Shown here: positions 37,399-47,655 of the stretch, one piece after another | Numbering within the stretch: the first letter of the stretch is position 1 | How the letters are laid out: each line of letters begins with the position of its first letter | Assembly: GCA_021789915.1 (NCBI GenBank) | Contig: JAJYIV010000002.1 | Span: 613-64,612 of the forward strand | DNA length: 64,000 bases | Direction: 5' to 3' | Origin: a bacterium | GTDB lineage: Bacteria; Patescibacteriota; Patescibacteriia; UBA9934; GWF2-40-263 | Position numbers and translations under genes: made by a program | Notes under the pieces: model-generated | What the model was told of the DNA's origin: nothing | What the model saw: only the letters and a program-made list of their open reading frames with translations | The model's database searches: none

Positions 37399-37706
37399 AG
37401 AGCCTGTCCAGCATCTTTCTTCCAGGGACATTCGGATGACGTTTTGTGCGAAACATGTGATGGCTGACGAAGCGTAGCCAACGCTACGGTGAGGAGGCCA
37501 GCGCATGTTGCAGCCAAAACGGCGCCAAATGGAGCCGGGAGAGGAGATGTTGAACAGGCTCTTACGGACGCGCAAGACCGAAGGCTTGCCCTATGCGCGC
37601 CGATGCGCCGGCCCGCGAAGCTGCCATGGGCCGTACGGGATCGACCCGCCGCCCTTCTCTTCTCTTCCGCCGCCTCTTCCGGACCGGCGGTTTTCAGATA
37701 ACGAAA

Positions 37707-37732
37707 GGCACCCTCTCGCACGAGAGGGTGCC
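37707..37732. terminator. Bidirectional terminator hairpin (GGCACCCTCTCG-CA-CGAGAGGGTGCC flanked by AAA/TTT)
   Basis: Perfect 12-bp stem. Confidence 0.65.
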
Positions 37733-37741
37733 TTTGACAGG

Positions 37742-38857
37742 CTAGGATCGTGGCGCGGCCGCGGCTTTCACGGCGGCGTCGCGCGTCGAGCGCGCGGAGG
37801 CGAGGGCGGCTTGCTCATCGCCGTATGCCTTGGCCAAGGCCTGGCGATACGACGCCTGCGCCGACCTCACGGCGGCGAGATAGGCCTGGAGGGCGGCCTT
37901 CCGGGAAGCGGCGTCCTTCGCGGATGCGCGCGCGGCGGCCAGGGCCGTGCGGGCGGATGCGAAGGCCTGCTGTCGGGCCGAAAGAGCGGAGGCGTCGGCG
38001 CTGCGACGAGCGCTCACGGCCGCGGCGACCGCCTTTTCGAAGGCGCCGTGCGCCGCCTGAAGCGCGGCTTTGCGAGCTTGGACGGCGGCGGCAGCGGCCG
38101 TCTTTGCGGAAGCCACGGCCGCCTGCAGCGCCTGCTTCGCGGAAGCGACGGCGGCGTCATAGGCGTCCTGCGCGGCCTTCAGCGCGGCGCCGCGGGCCGT
38201 ACGGGCGGAGGCGAGCGCGGCCTGCTCGTCGCTTTGGGCTTTGGCGACGGCCTGTTGGAAAGCCGTCTGCGCCGCCTTCACCGCGGCGAGATAGGCCTGG
38301 CGCGCCGTCGTTTGAGCGGACGCGTCCGTTCCGGCGCAGGCGCTCTGCCAGGCGGCGAGCGCGGCGTCCACGGCATCTCGGCGGGCCTTCAAAGCCGCAT
38401 CCACGGCATCTCGGCGGGCGCTGACCGCGGCGTCCTGCGCCGCGCGGAACGCGTCGACGGCCGTCTTCACGGCTGCCTCGCGCGTCTGCGCCGCCGACTG
38501 GACGGCCGCCTGAAAGGCGGACACGGCCTCTCCGACGGAGGCCGGCGCCTTCGACGTCTCCCGTTTCTGCCACGCCGCCGTCAGGCGTTGCGCCAGCTTC
38601 GCGGGCGCATCCGCCGAACGCGCGTCCGCGGCTTCACGCGCCGACGCGATCCTCGCGTCGATGTCCGCGCGCCGCGACGCGAGCTTGGCGTCGGCGTCCG
38701 CGCGGGCGGCGTCAAGCGCATGTTCGCGATTCATCAGAGCCGACGGACAGGCGGCCGGAACCCTGGATGGCGCGCGCCCGGGCGGGGCCGCAAAGGCGGG
38801 AACGGCGAGCGACAGCACGGACGAAACCGTCACGATGGAAGCAAGGAGCTTCTTCAT
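37742..38857 (-). CDS. Secreted Ala-rich repetitive coiled-coil protein
   Basis: Signal peptide MKKLLASIVTVSSVLSLAVPAFA; about 340 aa of AxxAxxA helical repeats. Confidence 0.6.
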   Translation of the reverse strand: MKKLLASIVTVSSVLSLAVPAFAAPPGRAPSRVPAACPSALMNREHALDAARADADAKLASRRADIDARIASAREAADARSADAPAKLAQRLTAAWQKRETSKAPASVGEAVSAFQAAVQSAAQTREAAVKTAVDAFRAAQDAAVSARRDAVDAALKARRDAVDAALAAWQSACAGTDASAQTTARQAYLAAVKAAQTAFQQAVAKAQSDEQAALASARTARGAALKAAQDAYDAAVASAKQALQAAVASAKTAAAAAVQARKAALQAAHGAFEKAVAAAVSARRSADASALSARQQAFASARTALAAARASAKDAASRKAALQAYLAAVRSAQASYRQALAKAYGDEQAALASARSTRDAAVKAAAAPRS

Positions 38858-38932
38858 AGAAAGATGGAAACGGCCCGAAACGGGCGTATGCCATATGATA
38901 CCCGTCCCGCCGCCAAAACGTTACTGAGACCT

Positions 38933-39523
38933 CTACCGTCGGTTCCGATCTTTCGGAACGGAGGAACTTTTCAACAGCGTGGCGTCGGGCCGAGGCCCGC
39001 GATCCGGCTTCTCAAGACGGCGCCGGATGCGCACTTCGAGATCGGCCGTCGCCGGGTCGTCCCGGTCAAGCTTCGCGGAAACCGTGCGCAATCGCGTCTT
39101 GAGGGATTTGATCTCGGCTTCCGTCATGCGCGTCGATTTATGTTCGATCCGTTCCACGACGGCCTCCGATTCGCGCTTCCGTATCGTCTTCAAATAGAAT
39201 TCCGCCTTGGCATTCGGCGTGCGCTGCAGACGCTCCTCGACGGTTTCGATCTGGCGTTTGACCGGATACAGGATGGAATCGGGCCCGACCGTCGGACTGG
39301 CATAGGCGTATGCGCCCGTGGCAAAGCTCGCGCAGACGGCCAGCGAGGAAAACGAGGATATGGCCAGGCGGAAGCCGCGCGTGCGGTACCAGACGGACGA
39401 CGGCACGCGCCGCGCCTGCAGGGTCGCCGAAAGACGCCCCCACAGACGGCGGCGGAACGGGCGGGACGGGACGGCGCGGCGGCGGGCGAGCCGGAGGCGC
39501 GCGCGGAACAGCCAGGAGTTCAT
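38933..39523 (-). CDS. Putative anti-sigma factor (membrane-anchored)
   Basis: Overlaps the ECF sigma gene by 4 nt; single TM helix; Arg-rich cytoplasmic N-terminus. Confidence 0.4.
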   Translation of the reverse strand: MNSWLFRARLRLARRRAVPSRPFRRRLWGRLSATLQARRVPSSVWYRTRGFRLAISSFSSLAVCASFATGAYAYASPTVGPDSILYPVKRQIETVEERLQRTPNAKAEFYLKTIRKRESEAVVERIEHKSTRMTEAEIKSLKTRLRTVSAKLDRDDPATADLEVRIRRRLEKPDRGPRPDATLLKSSSVPKDRNRR

Positions 39524-40035
39524 ACGGAAGACCGAAGGCGCTTCAAGGCGCGGTGGACGGCGACTTTGACGGCCGTCTCCGTCATGCCGACGGCGGCGGC
39601 GACGTCCTTGTATCCATACCCGTCCAGATAGTGCATCGTTACAAGTTCGCGGTCTTTCGCGGGCAGGAGGCCCAGCAGCCAGGCGAGTTCGCGGACGGCC
39701 ACGTCGCGGGACTGGTGCAGCAGGCTGCGGGCCAGCAAAAGCCGGTCGGCCTCCAGGATCGCCTCTTCCCCGTCCGTCTTTTCCTCAACCAGGGACAAGG
39801 TCTCCTTGCGCGCGCGCCAAAAATTGATGAGATGGTTGCGCGCGATCGTCATGATCCAGGCGCTGCGGCTGATGGACGGATCATAGGCGTCGAAATGATC
39901 CAGGGCCTTCAAGAAAACGTCGGAGGTCAAATCCTCGGCTATGGCCCGGTCCTGCCCGCAGCGGAAAAACAGGAACCGATACACGCGGTCCATGTGGCGG
40001 CGATAAAACGCTTCGAACTCGCGGGCGTCGCGCAT
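39520..40035 (-). CDS. RNA polymerase ECF-type sigma factor
   Basis: Sigma-70 region 2 (FYRRHMDRVYRFLFFRC...DLTSDVFLKAL) and region 4 (LPAKDRELVTMHYLDGYGYKDVAAAVGMTETAVKVAVHRA). Confidence 0.8.
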   Translation of the reverse strand: MRDAREFEAFYRRHMDRVYRFLFFRCGQDRAIAEDLTSDVFLKALDHFDAYDPSISRSAWIMTIARNHLINFWRARKETLSLVEEKTDGEEAILEADRLLLARSLLHQSRDVAVRELAWLLGLLPAKDRELVTMHYLDGYGYKDVAAAVGMTETAVKVAVHRALKRLRSSV

Positions 40036-40114
40036 GCCGACGCATGGTCGAGGAAACATCCGGATCCGTCAAGGACGGACCAAAACCCCGCCGTCTCCGG
40101 CGGGGTCGGCGGCC

Positions 40115-40348
40115 TCAAGCCTTGGCCATCTTTGCCAGGTCGTATGTCTTTCCCTCCGCGTCCCACTTTTTGAGCGTGCGCAATCCGCGGGACGTAATGA
40201 ACACGCGGACCATCCGGCCGGTGGCCGGATTGCGCAATCTCCGCTGCTGCAAATTCGGATACAAGCGGCGCTTTGTGTGGCGGTTGCTATGGCTCACGTT
40301 GAAGCCCGTGGTGACTTTCTTGCCGGTGACGACGCAGGATTTGGTCAT
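40115..40348 (-). CDS. rpmB: 50S ribosomal protein L28
   Basis: MTKSCVVTGKKVTTGFNVSHSNRHTKRRLYPNLQ... diagnostic; the rest of the listed 617-aa ORF is spurious. Confidence 0.85.
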   Translation of the reverse strand: MTKSCVVTGKKVTTGFNVSHSNRHTKRRLYPNLQQRRLRNPATGRMVRVFITSRGLRTLKKWDAEGKTYDLAKMAKA

Positions 40349-40470
40349 AAACGTGGAACGTAGAGCGTAGAACGGCGGGACGGGGAACGGGGATGTTCGC
40401 GAATGAGATGGCGGAAGGATAACAAGAAGGAAAAAACTTGGCAAGGGGAGCAGAGATGTGAGACAGGCTC

Positions 40471-41595
40471 TCAGGAGACGAGGGGACGCGCGATCGCGGC
40501 GGCGAGCGCTTCCATCCCCTGCCCCGTCGCCGCGGACACCGGCGCCACGGCCGCGAAGGCCCCCGCGTCGAACGCCGGGCCAAGGCGTCGCCGCCAATCG
40601 GCGCCGGCGGCGTCGATCTTGTTCACCGCGAGCACGCGCGGCGTTTCCGCGGCGCCCAAGCGCTTCAGGATCTCGTCCACCACGCGCAGATGGTCCGCCG
40701 CATGCGCGTCGGCGGCATCCACGACCTGCACGAGCACGTCGGCGTCCGCCGCCTCCGAGAGCGTCGATGCGAACGCGTTCAAGAGCTCGGGCGGCAGATT
40801 TTGGATGAAGCCGATCGTGTCGGAGACGAGCACCTGGCGCGGCGGCTCGTTCTCTTTCCTTGCGACGTACAGCGAGCCAACGCGCGTGTCGAGCGTGGCG
40901 AAGAGCTCGTCGGCCGCATACTCGCGCCGGCGCGTGAGCCGGTTCAGCAGCGACGTCTTGCCGGCGTTCGTGTAGCCGACGAGCGCCGCCGTGGGCAGGC
41001 CCTGCCGCCGACGCCGTTCCTGGCGCGCGCGACGCATCGTCTGATACCGCGCGAGCTTCTCCCCGACCGCTTCGGCGCGCTCGCGCAGGTGCCGGCGCAT
41101 GATCTCCGTGTTCGTCTCGCCCTTGCCGCGCGTACCGGTGCCGCCGCCCTGGCGCGACAATTCCAGGCCCATGCCGTAGATGCGCGGGCCCATGTGCCGG
41201 ATGCCGGCCAACTCGATCTCCAGCCGCGCCTCCGTCGTGCGCGCGTGCTTGGCGAAGATCTTCAAGATGAGATCGAGGCGGTCCCACACCTGGAGGCCGG
41301 CCGGGCGCAGCGCTTCCGAGAGAAGATAGACTTGCCGCGGCTTGAGCCGGTCGTTGATGACCACGAGCGCCGCCCCGAGCCGCTTCCCTTCCTCGGCCAG
41401 CTGCTCGATCTTTCCCGTACCGAGGAATGTCGCCGGATGCGGCGCCGCGCGGCGCTGATGCGTCTTCACGACGACGATGCCGCCGTACGTGCGCACGAGT
41501 TCTTCCAATTCCTGCAGCCGATCCAAACTCTCCGCCTTCGTGAGCCGCGGCGGGATCAGATCGACGAGAATGGTTTTGAGGAGACGGTCGGCCAT
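40471..41595 (-). CDS. hflX: GTPase HflX
   Basis: N-terminal HflX domain plus G-domain (GYTNAGKTSLLN, DTIGF, NKID). Confidence 0.85.
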   Translation of the reverse strand: MADRLLKTILVDLIPPRLTKAESLDRLQELEELVRTYGGIVVVKTHQRRAAPHPATFLGTGKIEQLAEEGKRLGAALVVINDRLKPRQVYLLSEALRPAGLQVWDRLDLILKIFAKHARTTEARLEIELAGIRHMGPRIYGMGLELSRQGGGTGTRGKGETNTEIMRRHLRERAEAVGEKLARYQTMRRARQERRRRQGLPTAALVGYTNAGKTSLLNRLTRRREYAADELFATLDTRVGSLYVARKENEPPRQVLVSDTIGFIQNLPPELLNAFASTLSEAADADVLVQVVDAADAHAADHLRVVDEILKRLGAAETPRVLAVNKIDAAGADWRRRLGPAFDAGAFAAVAPVSAATGQGMEALAAAIARPLVS

Positions 41596-42074
41596 GCGGA
41601 GACAGCGTTTCAAAAAGATTGACGGGCGTCAAACGAAAAAAGCCCGGCGGTTCGCTCAACCGCCGGGGCGTGGACGTCGTCGCGGCGGTTTGCGTCATCT
41701 GCCGAACGCTCGACGCCGTTCCCGTGCCTGCGCGTTCAAAAGCGCCGTCAGCTCTTCGGCCATCGTACGATCGTCCTCGGCCACGACGGGGACTGACGCC
41801 GACGGCAGGTCCGGATGCCCCAAGTAATCGAGGAAGTGGGTTACGCCTCCGTCTCGCCGACGGACGACGGTTTCCCGCGGGACGAAAAACGTCTGCTTCG
41901 TCTTGCCCGTGCTTCGCCTCCTTTCTAGACGCGGATACGTGCCTGCACAAAGGTACCCGACGCAGCATGTTCCGACAAACTCGCGTCCGCGCCCATCAAA
42001 AATCCCCGCGCGAGCAGTGCCAAACAAAAAACGCTCCGTCCTTGTCCGGTGAGAGACGAGAACGGAGCCGTCGT

Positions 42075-42731
42075 TTAATCAGCCATGAAGACGCGGACTG
42101 TCTCGGCCAGAGACCGGCAGTCGTCCATGTCGGCGAGCCCGTACAACCGATGCCCAGTCCGCAAAACAATCAGGCAGTGGGCGTACACGTTCCCGCGCGG
42201 GCCTTGGAAACCGGGAGCGAAGTAATCACAGCTCCGATCGACCGGTTCGAGTCCCCTCGGGAACATCTCGCTCTCGAACAGCGCCCGCAGGACGTTGGAA
42301 GGCAGGCAGCGCGGCGAGCGCAGCGCCTTCACGAAGACGTCCAAGTCGAACCGACGGAGTCCCTTCGCATCGTCGAAGGGGTTGCGGGGCCAATACGCCT
42401 TGCCGTCGATGCTCACGCCAGTTTTGCCTGGCCCGATGGATTGAACGGCGACCCAGTGCGGCTCTTTCACTGGCTCATCCGGCGGATGCGGCGAACCGAC
42501 GACGGTTTCGTCGAACCACTGCGGACAATTCAGATCGACTTCCACCGTCTCCGCATCCGCGAGCCGCCACCTGGGAAAGAACTCGCGCTGAAGCGCGGCG
42601 AGCGCGCGTTCCACGCCATTCCTCCGGCGGATCTCACGGCCAAGCGCGGCCGTGAAACGGAAGTCGTGCACGAGCTGCACAACCGTTTCGAGCCCTTCGC
42701 CGAAGGGCCTGTCGAGCAGGCGTGCCGTCAT
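42075..42731 (-). CDS. Hypothetical protein (218 aa)
   Basis: SD AAGGAAGAGAGG upstream of ATG; followed by a hairpin plus T-run terminator at about 42030-42060. Confidence 0.45.
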   Translation of the reverse strand: MTARLLDRPFGEGLETVVQLVHDFRFTAALGREIRRRNGVERALAALQREFFPRWRLADAETVEVDLNCPQWFDETVVGSPHPPDEPVKEPHWVAVQSIGPGKTGVSIDGKAYWPRNPFDDAKGLRRFDLDVFVKALRSPRCLPSNVLRALFESEMFPRGLEPVDRSCDYFAPGFQGPRGNVYAHCLIVLRTGHRLYGLADMDDCRSLAETVRVFMAD

Positions 42732-42871
42732 GGCGTACCTCTCTTCCTTTGCGCATGCCGTCGGCGTACCACGGACGAGACGCATTCCCGTCGAGGTGGC
42801 GTACCCGTTTGTTGAATACGGCACCAACGTCGTATCACGACCGTGAACCTGCGTCAAGAATCGCGTCCATC

Positions 42872-42899
42872 AAAAATCCCCGCATGCGCGGGGATTTTT
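42872..42899. terminator. Bidirectional terminator (AAAAATCCCCGC-ATG-CGCGGGGATTTTT)
   Basis: seen directly downstream of hup. Confidence 0.7.
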
Positions 42900-42909
42900 C
42901 TGTCGACGT

Positions 42910-43191
42910 TTACAGCAGCGCGTCCTTGGCGGCCTTCGCGACGCGGAACTTCACCACCGTCTTGGCCGGGATCTGGATCGTGGCGCCCGTGGCCGGGTTG
43001 CGGCCCTGGCGCGCGGCGCGATGGACCTTCACCAGCTTGCCAATGCCAGGCAGGGCGAACTCGCCGGAAGACTTCACTTCCTTGTACGCCAGGTTGACGA
43101 GCTTCTCCATGAACATCGCCACGTCTTTTTTCGACATGCCGGACGCGTCCGCGAGAGCGCTCATCACCTGACTCTTCGTCATCTTGGCCAT
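42910..43191 (-). CDS. hup: DNA-binding protein HU
   Basis: 93 aa; GFGKF-type arm (LPGIGKLVKVHRAARQGRNPATGATIQIPAKTVVKFR). Confidence 0.85.
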   Translation of the reverse strand: MAKMTKSQVMSALADASGMSKKDVAMFMEKLVNLAYKEVKSSGEFALPGIGKLVKVHRAARQGRNPATGATIQIPAKTVVKFRVAKAAKDALL

Positions 43192-43262
43192 AAAGGCTGT
43201 GGATAAGATTAATTTTACGCAAATAGTATAGCAAGGCCTCTGAAAACGGGCCAGAAACGCCG

Positions 43263-43844
43263 TCAAGAGGATCTCGAGGGAACGGCCTTCCGATGCCCGA
43301 AGACGTATTCCATGCCCTTGCGCAGGATCGGGATCATGTCCGAATAACTGGAGGCCTGCAGAACCCGCTTGGCATTGACCCATCGCGCTTCGTACGCATG
43401 CTGGGTCGGATCCGGATGCAAGGCCGCCTGTTCCGGAGCCTCGAACAGATAATAATGAATGTCCTTGTGGACAAGGGCGCCGTGCTTCTCGAAGCGATCC
43501 CTGAACCAGATGTCAATCTTGCCCAGGTATTCCAGCAGGCGTATCTGCTCGAGGCCGAGCTCTTCCAAGGTCTCGCGCGCCGCGGCCTCCTCCAGCGTCT
43601 CCCCGTTTTCCACGCGGCCCTTCGGGAAGGCCCACTTGCCGTAGGAGTCGAGCATCACGGCGAAAAACACGCCGCGGGAAGTGCGCTTGAAGACGACGCC
43701 GCCTGCCGACACTTCCTGCACCGCCCGCTCGCCCGCCTGCCGGCCGCCGGACGGGCGGCCGGACAAGGAACGATCAACGCTTCCCGGCAAGGGCGGCCTG
43801 GATGATCGCAACGGCTTTTTCCTTTTGTACATCCCGCTTGTCAT
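43263..43844 (-). CDS. NUDIX hydrolase
   Basis: Nudix box GKWAFPKGRVENGETLEEAAARETLEELG; the start is uncertain because the listed ATG overlaps about 70 nt of the ctp 3' end (a GTG near 43720 is an alternative). Confidence 0.65.
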   Translation of the reverse strand: MTSGMYKRKKPLRSSRPPLPGSVDRSLSGRPSGGRQAGERAVQEVSAGGVVFKRTSRGVFFAVMLDSYGKWAFPKGRVENGETLEEAAARETLEELGLEQIRLLEYLGKIDIWFRDRFEKHGALVHKDIHYYLFEAPEQAALHPDPTQHAYEARWVNAKRVLQASSYSDMIPILRKGMEYVFGHRKAVPSRSS

Positions 43845-45030
43845 GAATGTCCTTGTCCGTGAGGGCGACGACGACGTCCGGCGTGATGCCCGTGCCGTTG
43901 ATGCTGCGGTCTTTCGGCGTGTGCCACGCGGCGATGGTGACTTTCACCGCCGAGCCGTCGGAAAGGTCGATGAGATCCTGCACGGAGCCCTTGCCGAAGG
44001 TCTGCGTGCCCACCAGGGTCGCGAAGCCGTCATCCTGCAGGGCGCCGGCGACGATTTCGGACGCGGATGCGGATCCGCCGTCCACCAGGACGACGGTCGG
44101 CAACCCTGCCAGGCGCGCCGGCCCGTGGCCGTCGTATGTCTGGTCGTCGTTCGGCCCCTTCTCGCGCACGACGGTCCGGTCGCCCACCCAAGCGGACGCC
44201 ACGTCGATGGCGTCCGTGAGCAAGCCACCCGGATTGCCGCGCACGTCGAGGATGACGCCCTTCGCTCCCTGGGCCAGGGCGTCGGTCACCGCTTTGGAAA
44301 ACAGCGATGGCGTATCCGGCCCGAAGATGGAAATGGTGATGGTGGCGATCCCGTGATCCACGTTCGACGTCACGCTGTCCACCGTGATCGTGGCGCGGGT
44401 GATCGCGACGTCCTTCGGCGCCTCCTTGCCATGGCGCACCGTCAGGGTCACCTGCGTCCCGGCCTGGCCGCGGATCTTGCTCACCGCCTCGTCGACGGAC
44501 ATGCCCTGCGTGGACGCCTTGTCGATGGCCAGGATGGCGTCCCCGGCCGCCAGGCCGGCGCGCATCGCCGGCGTGTCCGGCAGCGGGGCGATGATCTGCA
44601 GCTGGCCGTTCTTGACGCCGATCTCGGCGCCGATGCCGTCGAAGGCGCCGTCCAGATCGTCCGTGAACTGCTTCGCTTCGTCCGGCGTCATGAACAGCGT
44701 GTAGGGGTCGCCGGCGCCTGCCACCAGCCCCTTGACGGCGCTGTCGTACAGGTTCTTGTCATCGAGCGGTTTGTAGAACCGCTGTTTCAGGATGCCCCAC
44801 ACCTCCCAAAACTGGTTGAAATCGACGTCTTTGCCGAGATGCAGGGAGGCCGGAGCCGATGCGCCCTGATTCGCGACGTCCGACGGGCGGGCGGAGGCGG
44901 GGGGCGCTTCCCCGCGGCCGACGACCATGCCGCTTGCGAATGAAAGCCCGACGGCAAAAAGGACGATCAGGGCGAGGAGCGCGCGCGGGAACGGCGGGCG
45001 CGGGCGTGGAAGGAAGGCGGAGTCGGGCAT
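43774..45030 (-). CDS. ctp: Carboxyl-terminal processing protease (S41 family)
   Basis: N-terminal TM anchor, PDZ domain, catalytic GNPGG...SASASE region. Confidence 0.8.
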   Translation of the reverse strand: MPDSAFLPRPRPPFPRALLALIVLFAVGLSFASGMVVGRGEAPPASARPSDVANQGASAPASLHLGKDVDFNQFWEVWGILKQRFYKPLDDKNLYDSAVKGLVAGAGDPYTLFMTPDEAKQFTDDLDGAFDGIGAEIGVKNGQLQIIAPLPDTPAMRAGLAAGDAILAIDKASTQGMSVDEAVSKIRGQAGTQVTLTVRHGKEAPKDVAITRATITVDSVTSNVDHGIATITISIFGPDTPSLFSKAVTDALAQGAKGVILDVRGNPGGLLTDAIDVASAWVGDRTVVREKGPNDDQTYDGHGPARLAGLPTVVLVDGGSASASEIVAGALQDDGFATLVGTQTFGKGSVQDLIDLSDGSAVKVTIAAWHTPKDRSINGTGITPDVVVALTDKDIHDKRDVQKEKAVAIIQAALAGKR

Positions 45031-45108
45031 GGGCCACAGCATACCGGAACGGACGCGCTTCCGTCAAAAACTTCTCTTCTTCCCGCCGGCGCGTTACACT
45101 GCCTCGGT

Positions 45109-46440
45109 ATGTCCACGGGGATGCGCCGCGGCCTGGCTTGGGCGTTTGTCATCCTGTTCCTCATCAGCGCCCCGGTTGTCGTCCTGTACACGGCCGGGTA
45201 CCGGCTCAACCTCCCGTCCGGCCGCCTCGTGCAGACCGGCATCCTTTCCATCAGCAGCGTCCCGTCCGGCGCGCGGGTGCTGGTGGACGGCGTTTTGTCC
45301 GGCACGACGTCGGCGCTCGTCAAGAATCTGCTGCCGGGATCCCACCGCGTCGAGCTGCGCAAGGACGGCTATCTGCCGTGGAGCAAGACGCTGCCGATCG
45401 AAAGCCAGCGGACGACGTTCGTGCAGAACGCCGTCCTGAACGCGGACAAGCCGGCCGTGCTGCAACGCGCGGCTTCGGCCGGCGCGGGCGCGTTCGCCCG
45501 CGCGACGGGAAACGCCGCGTACGTGCGGCAGGGCAAGGTCTGGAATGAGATCTGGTCCTATCAGCCGCAGGACGGCGGCGACCGTTTGGTCGCGCGGCGG
45601 CCGTCTTCCGACGGCATGCCGGCGCTCGCCTGGTCGCCGGACGGCACCACGCTGGCGATTTCAACGGGTTCCGGCCCGTCGCGTTCCGTCTCGCTGGTCA
45701 ACGTGGACGACGGACGGCGCTTCGACCTTCCCGCCAAATCGGGAACGCCCGCCGGCTGGGATGCGGGCACGGGCGCGGCGTATCTTCTTTCGGCGAAGGA
45801 CGGGATCTCGAGCGCGGACGTGGACGGCGACGTGGTTTCCATCGCGCCGTCGCCCGCCCTGGCGCTCGAAACGTCCGCGGACGGCTCCTATGCCATCGTG
45901 GCGGCGGAAGGCGAGCGCCTTGCCGTCGTCCATCGGCAGGCGAACGGCGTTTCGCTGGTCGGCTATGTCCCGATGGGGAATTACCGGTTCGCGCCGGCGC
46001 CGGACGGCTGGCTTGCGCTGGACGACGCCGACCGCCAATCGCTCATCGTCCTGGACGGAAACGGATCGGGGGCCGCCGTGCTGACGGCGAATGCGTCGCA
46101 ATGGCAGTGGGAGCCGAAGGGACGCCGCCTGCTGTACACCGACGGACATGAGTTGCACCTGTTCGATCCGCTCGGCGGCGGAGACGAGACCTTGACCCGC
46201 GTCTCGGATCCCATCACCGGCATCGCCTGGCGCGTCGGGCTTGACGCCGCCTTGTACGCGCAAGGGGCGCAGCTCGTTTCGATCGAGTTCGACCGGCGCG
46301 ACGGGCGCGAAACGGCGACGCTGGCGCAAGGCAACGGCTTCCAAAGCCTGTGGACGGACCCGTCGGGAAAGACGGCATTCACGTTCGGAAGCTTGGACGG
46401 CGGAAAGACGAGCGGGCTGATCAGCCGGGGGCTGGAGTGA
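45109..46440 (+). CDS. PEGA-domain protein with C-terminal beta-propeller-like region
   Basis: TM anchor, PEGA motif (PSGARVLVDGVLSGTTSALVKNLLPGSHRVELRKDGY), then WD40/TolB-like repeats. Confidence 0.6.
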   Translation: MSTGMRRGLAWAFVILFLISAPVVVLYTAGYRLNLPSGRLVQTGILSISSVPSGARVLVDGVLSGTTSALVKNLLPGSHRVELRKDGYLPWSKTLPIESQRTTFVQNAVLNADKPAVLQRAASAGAGAFARATGNAAYVRQGKVWNEIWSYQPQDGGDRLVARRPSSDGMPALAWSPDGTTLAISTGSGPSRSVSLVNVDDGRRFDLPAKSGTPAGWDAGTGAAYLLSAKDGISSADVDGDVVSIAPSPALALETSADGSYAIVAAEGERLAVVHRQANGVSLVGYVPMGNYRFAPAPDGWLALDDADRQSLIVLDGNGSGAAVLTANASQWQWEPKGRRLLYTDGHELHLFDPLGGGDETLTRVSDPITGIAWRVGLDAALYAQGAQLVSIEFDRRDGRETATLAQGNGFQSLWTDPSGKTAFTFGSLDGGKTSGLISRGLE

Positions 46441-46600
46441 TGGAGTCAGAAGTCAGAAGTCAGAAGTCAGGGCGGAGGAGTAGCCAGGAGCATGTAGTTC
46501 GTAGTCAGGGCGAGACACGCGGGCTAAAGCCTAACACCTGCCGAATGCCGAATGCCGCCGGCTGAAACCTAGAACCTGAAACCTAAAGCCCAACGCCTCA
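46441..46600. repeat. Cluster of short tandem repeats (AGTCAGA x3-4, TGCCGAA x2-3, GAAACCT-type x3)
   Basis: seen directly in the convergent intergenic region. Confidence 0.6.
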
Positions 46601-46601
46601 C

Positions 46602-46649
46602 AAAAAATCGCCCCGCCTCCTCGTCGTGAGGAAGCGGGGCTTTGCGTTG
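46602..46649. terminator. Bidirectional terminator (A-run, CGCCCCGCCTCCTC-GTCG-TGAGGAAGCGGGGC, TTTGCGTTG)
   Basis: seen directly. Confidence 0.6.
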
Positions 46650-46659
46650 GAGCGCCGGT

Positions 46660-47520
46660 CTAGACGAGCGGCGGGAACACGTCGGGCTGCCGCGCGACGG
46701 CGCGCGTGTAGCGGTGCAGAGCCGCGAGCGTGAAGCCGTCGTAGAACGCGCCGCGCTCCTCGAGTTCGTCCGCCTGCGCCTGCGTGAAGTACTGCACACG
46801 CAGGATGGCCTCGTTGGGGTCGGTCATGTCCGGCGGCAGCGTGCGGGACGGATCGACGACGGCCGCCATCAAGTCCACGAGGTGGACCGACTGGCCGGTG
46901 TTGTCGCAGACCTGGCCGAGCGAACCGACGACGCGCACGGCCGTCCCCATCTCCTCCTGCGCCTCGCGGACGGCCGCGTCCGTACCGGCCTCGCCCGCCT
47001 TGGCGTAGCCGCGCGGGATTTCCCAGACCTCGCGGCCGAGCACGTCGCCGACGAACAGGCCGTCGAACGCCCGTCGAAACGCGCCGGCGGCGTACGCTCC
47101 GTTCTGCGAATCCGCAGCGAACGCCTTGGCGAAGGAGGAAAACCCTCCGGCCATCGCGAAATCGGCCAGCTCGCGCTTGAAACGCGCCCAAGCCGCGCGC
47201 ACGTCTTCCTCGCGCTCGGGCTTGATCTGGTAGCGCACGCGCTTCTGCAGGCCGAGCAGGCCGCCCGCTCGCACGTCGGCCTGGTCGATGAGTTTGACGA
47301 CGAGGGTCGCGCCGCCGCCGGCCTCGAGCCGCATGAGGTGCCTGTACTTGTGGCGCTCCACGCCGTCGGCACCGACGTCCACGAAGTCCAAACCGAGATA
47401 CCCCACCGGCACGGCGGGCTTCAGCAGGAGCAGAGCGGAGTCCACCCCCTCAGGACACAGCACCCACTCAGGCTTGTCGAAGAACGCATTGCCGCGAACT
47501 GCCTTGATTGCTTCCGTCAT
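46660..47520 (-). CDS. NUDIX-domain protein (286 aa)
   Basis: SD GGGAGGAACG upstream of ATG; Nudix box GEAGTDAAVREAQEEMG. Confidence 0.6.
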   Translation of the reverse strand: MTEAIKAVRGNAFFDKPEWVLCPEGVDSALLLLKPAVPVGYLGLDFVDVGADGVERHKYRHLMRLEAGGGATLVVKLIDQADVRAGGLLGLQKRVRYQIKPEREEDVRAAWARFKRELADFAMAGGFSSFAKAFAADSQNGAYAAGAFRRAFDGLFVGDVLGREVWEIPRGYAKAGEAGTDAAVREAQEEMGTAVRVVGSLGQVCDNTGQSVHLVDLMAAVVDPSRTLPPDMTDPNEAILRVQYFTQAQADELEERGAFYDGFTLAALHRYTRAVARQPDVFPPLV

Positions 47521-47655
47521 CGTTCCTCCCGTTCCATCCGGACCCCATGTCAGGACTCGGCCTGCCACTCAGGGCAAAACCGAGGCGGTACTTTAGCAAG
47601 CACGCCGAATCCGTCAATGGACAGGATGCGAGAGCATTGTTAGCATGGCCGGGCT

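Noticed and set aside
41695-42027. 110-aa ORF between hflX and the upstream hypothetical gene
   Set aside because: Arg-rich composition with no SD. It overlaps the terminator of the upstream gene and is probably non-coding except possibly the last 22 codons, which are noted as a tentative leader.
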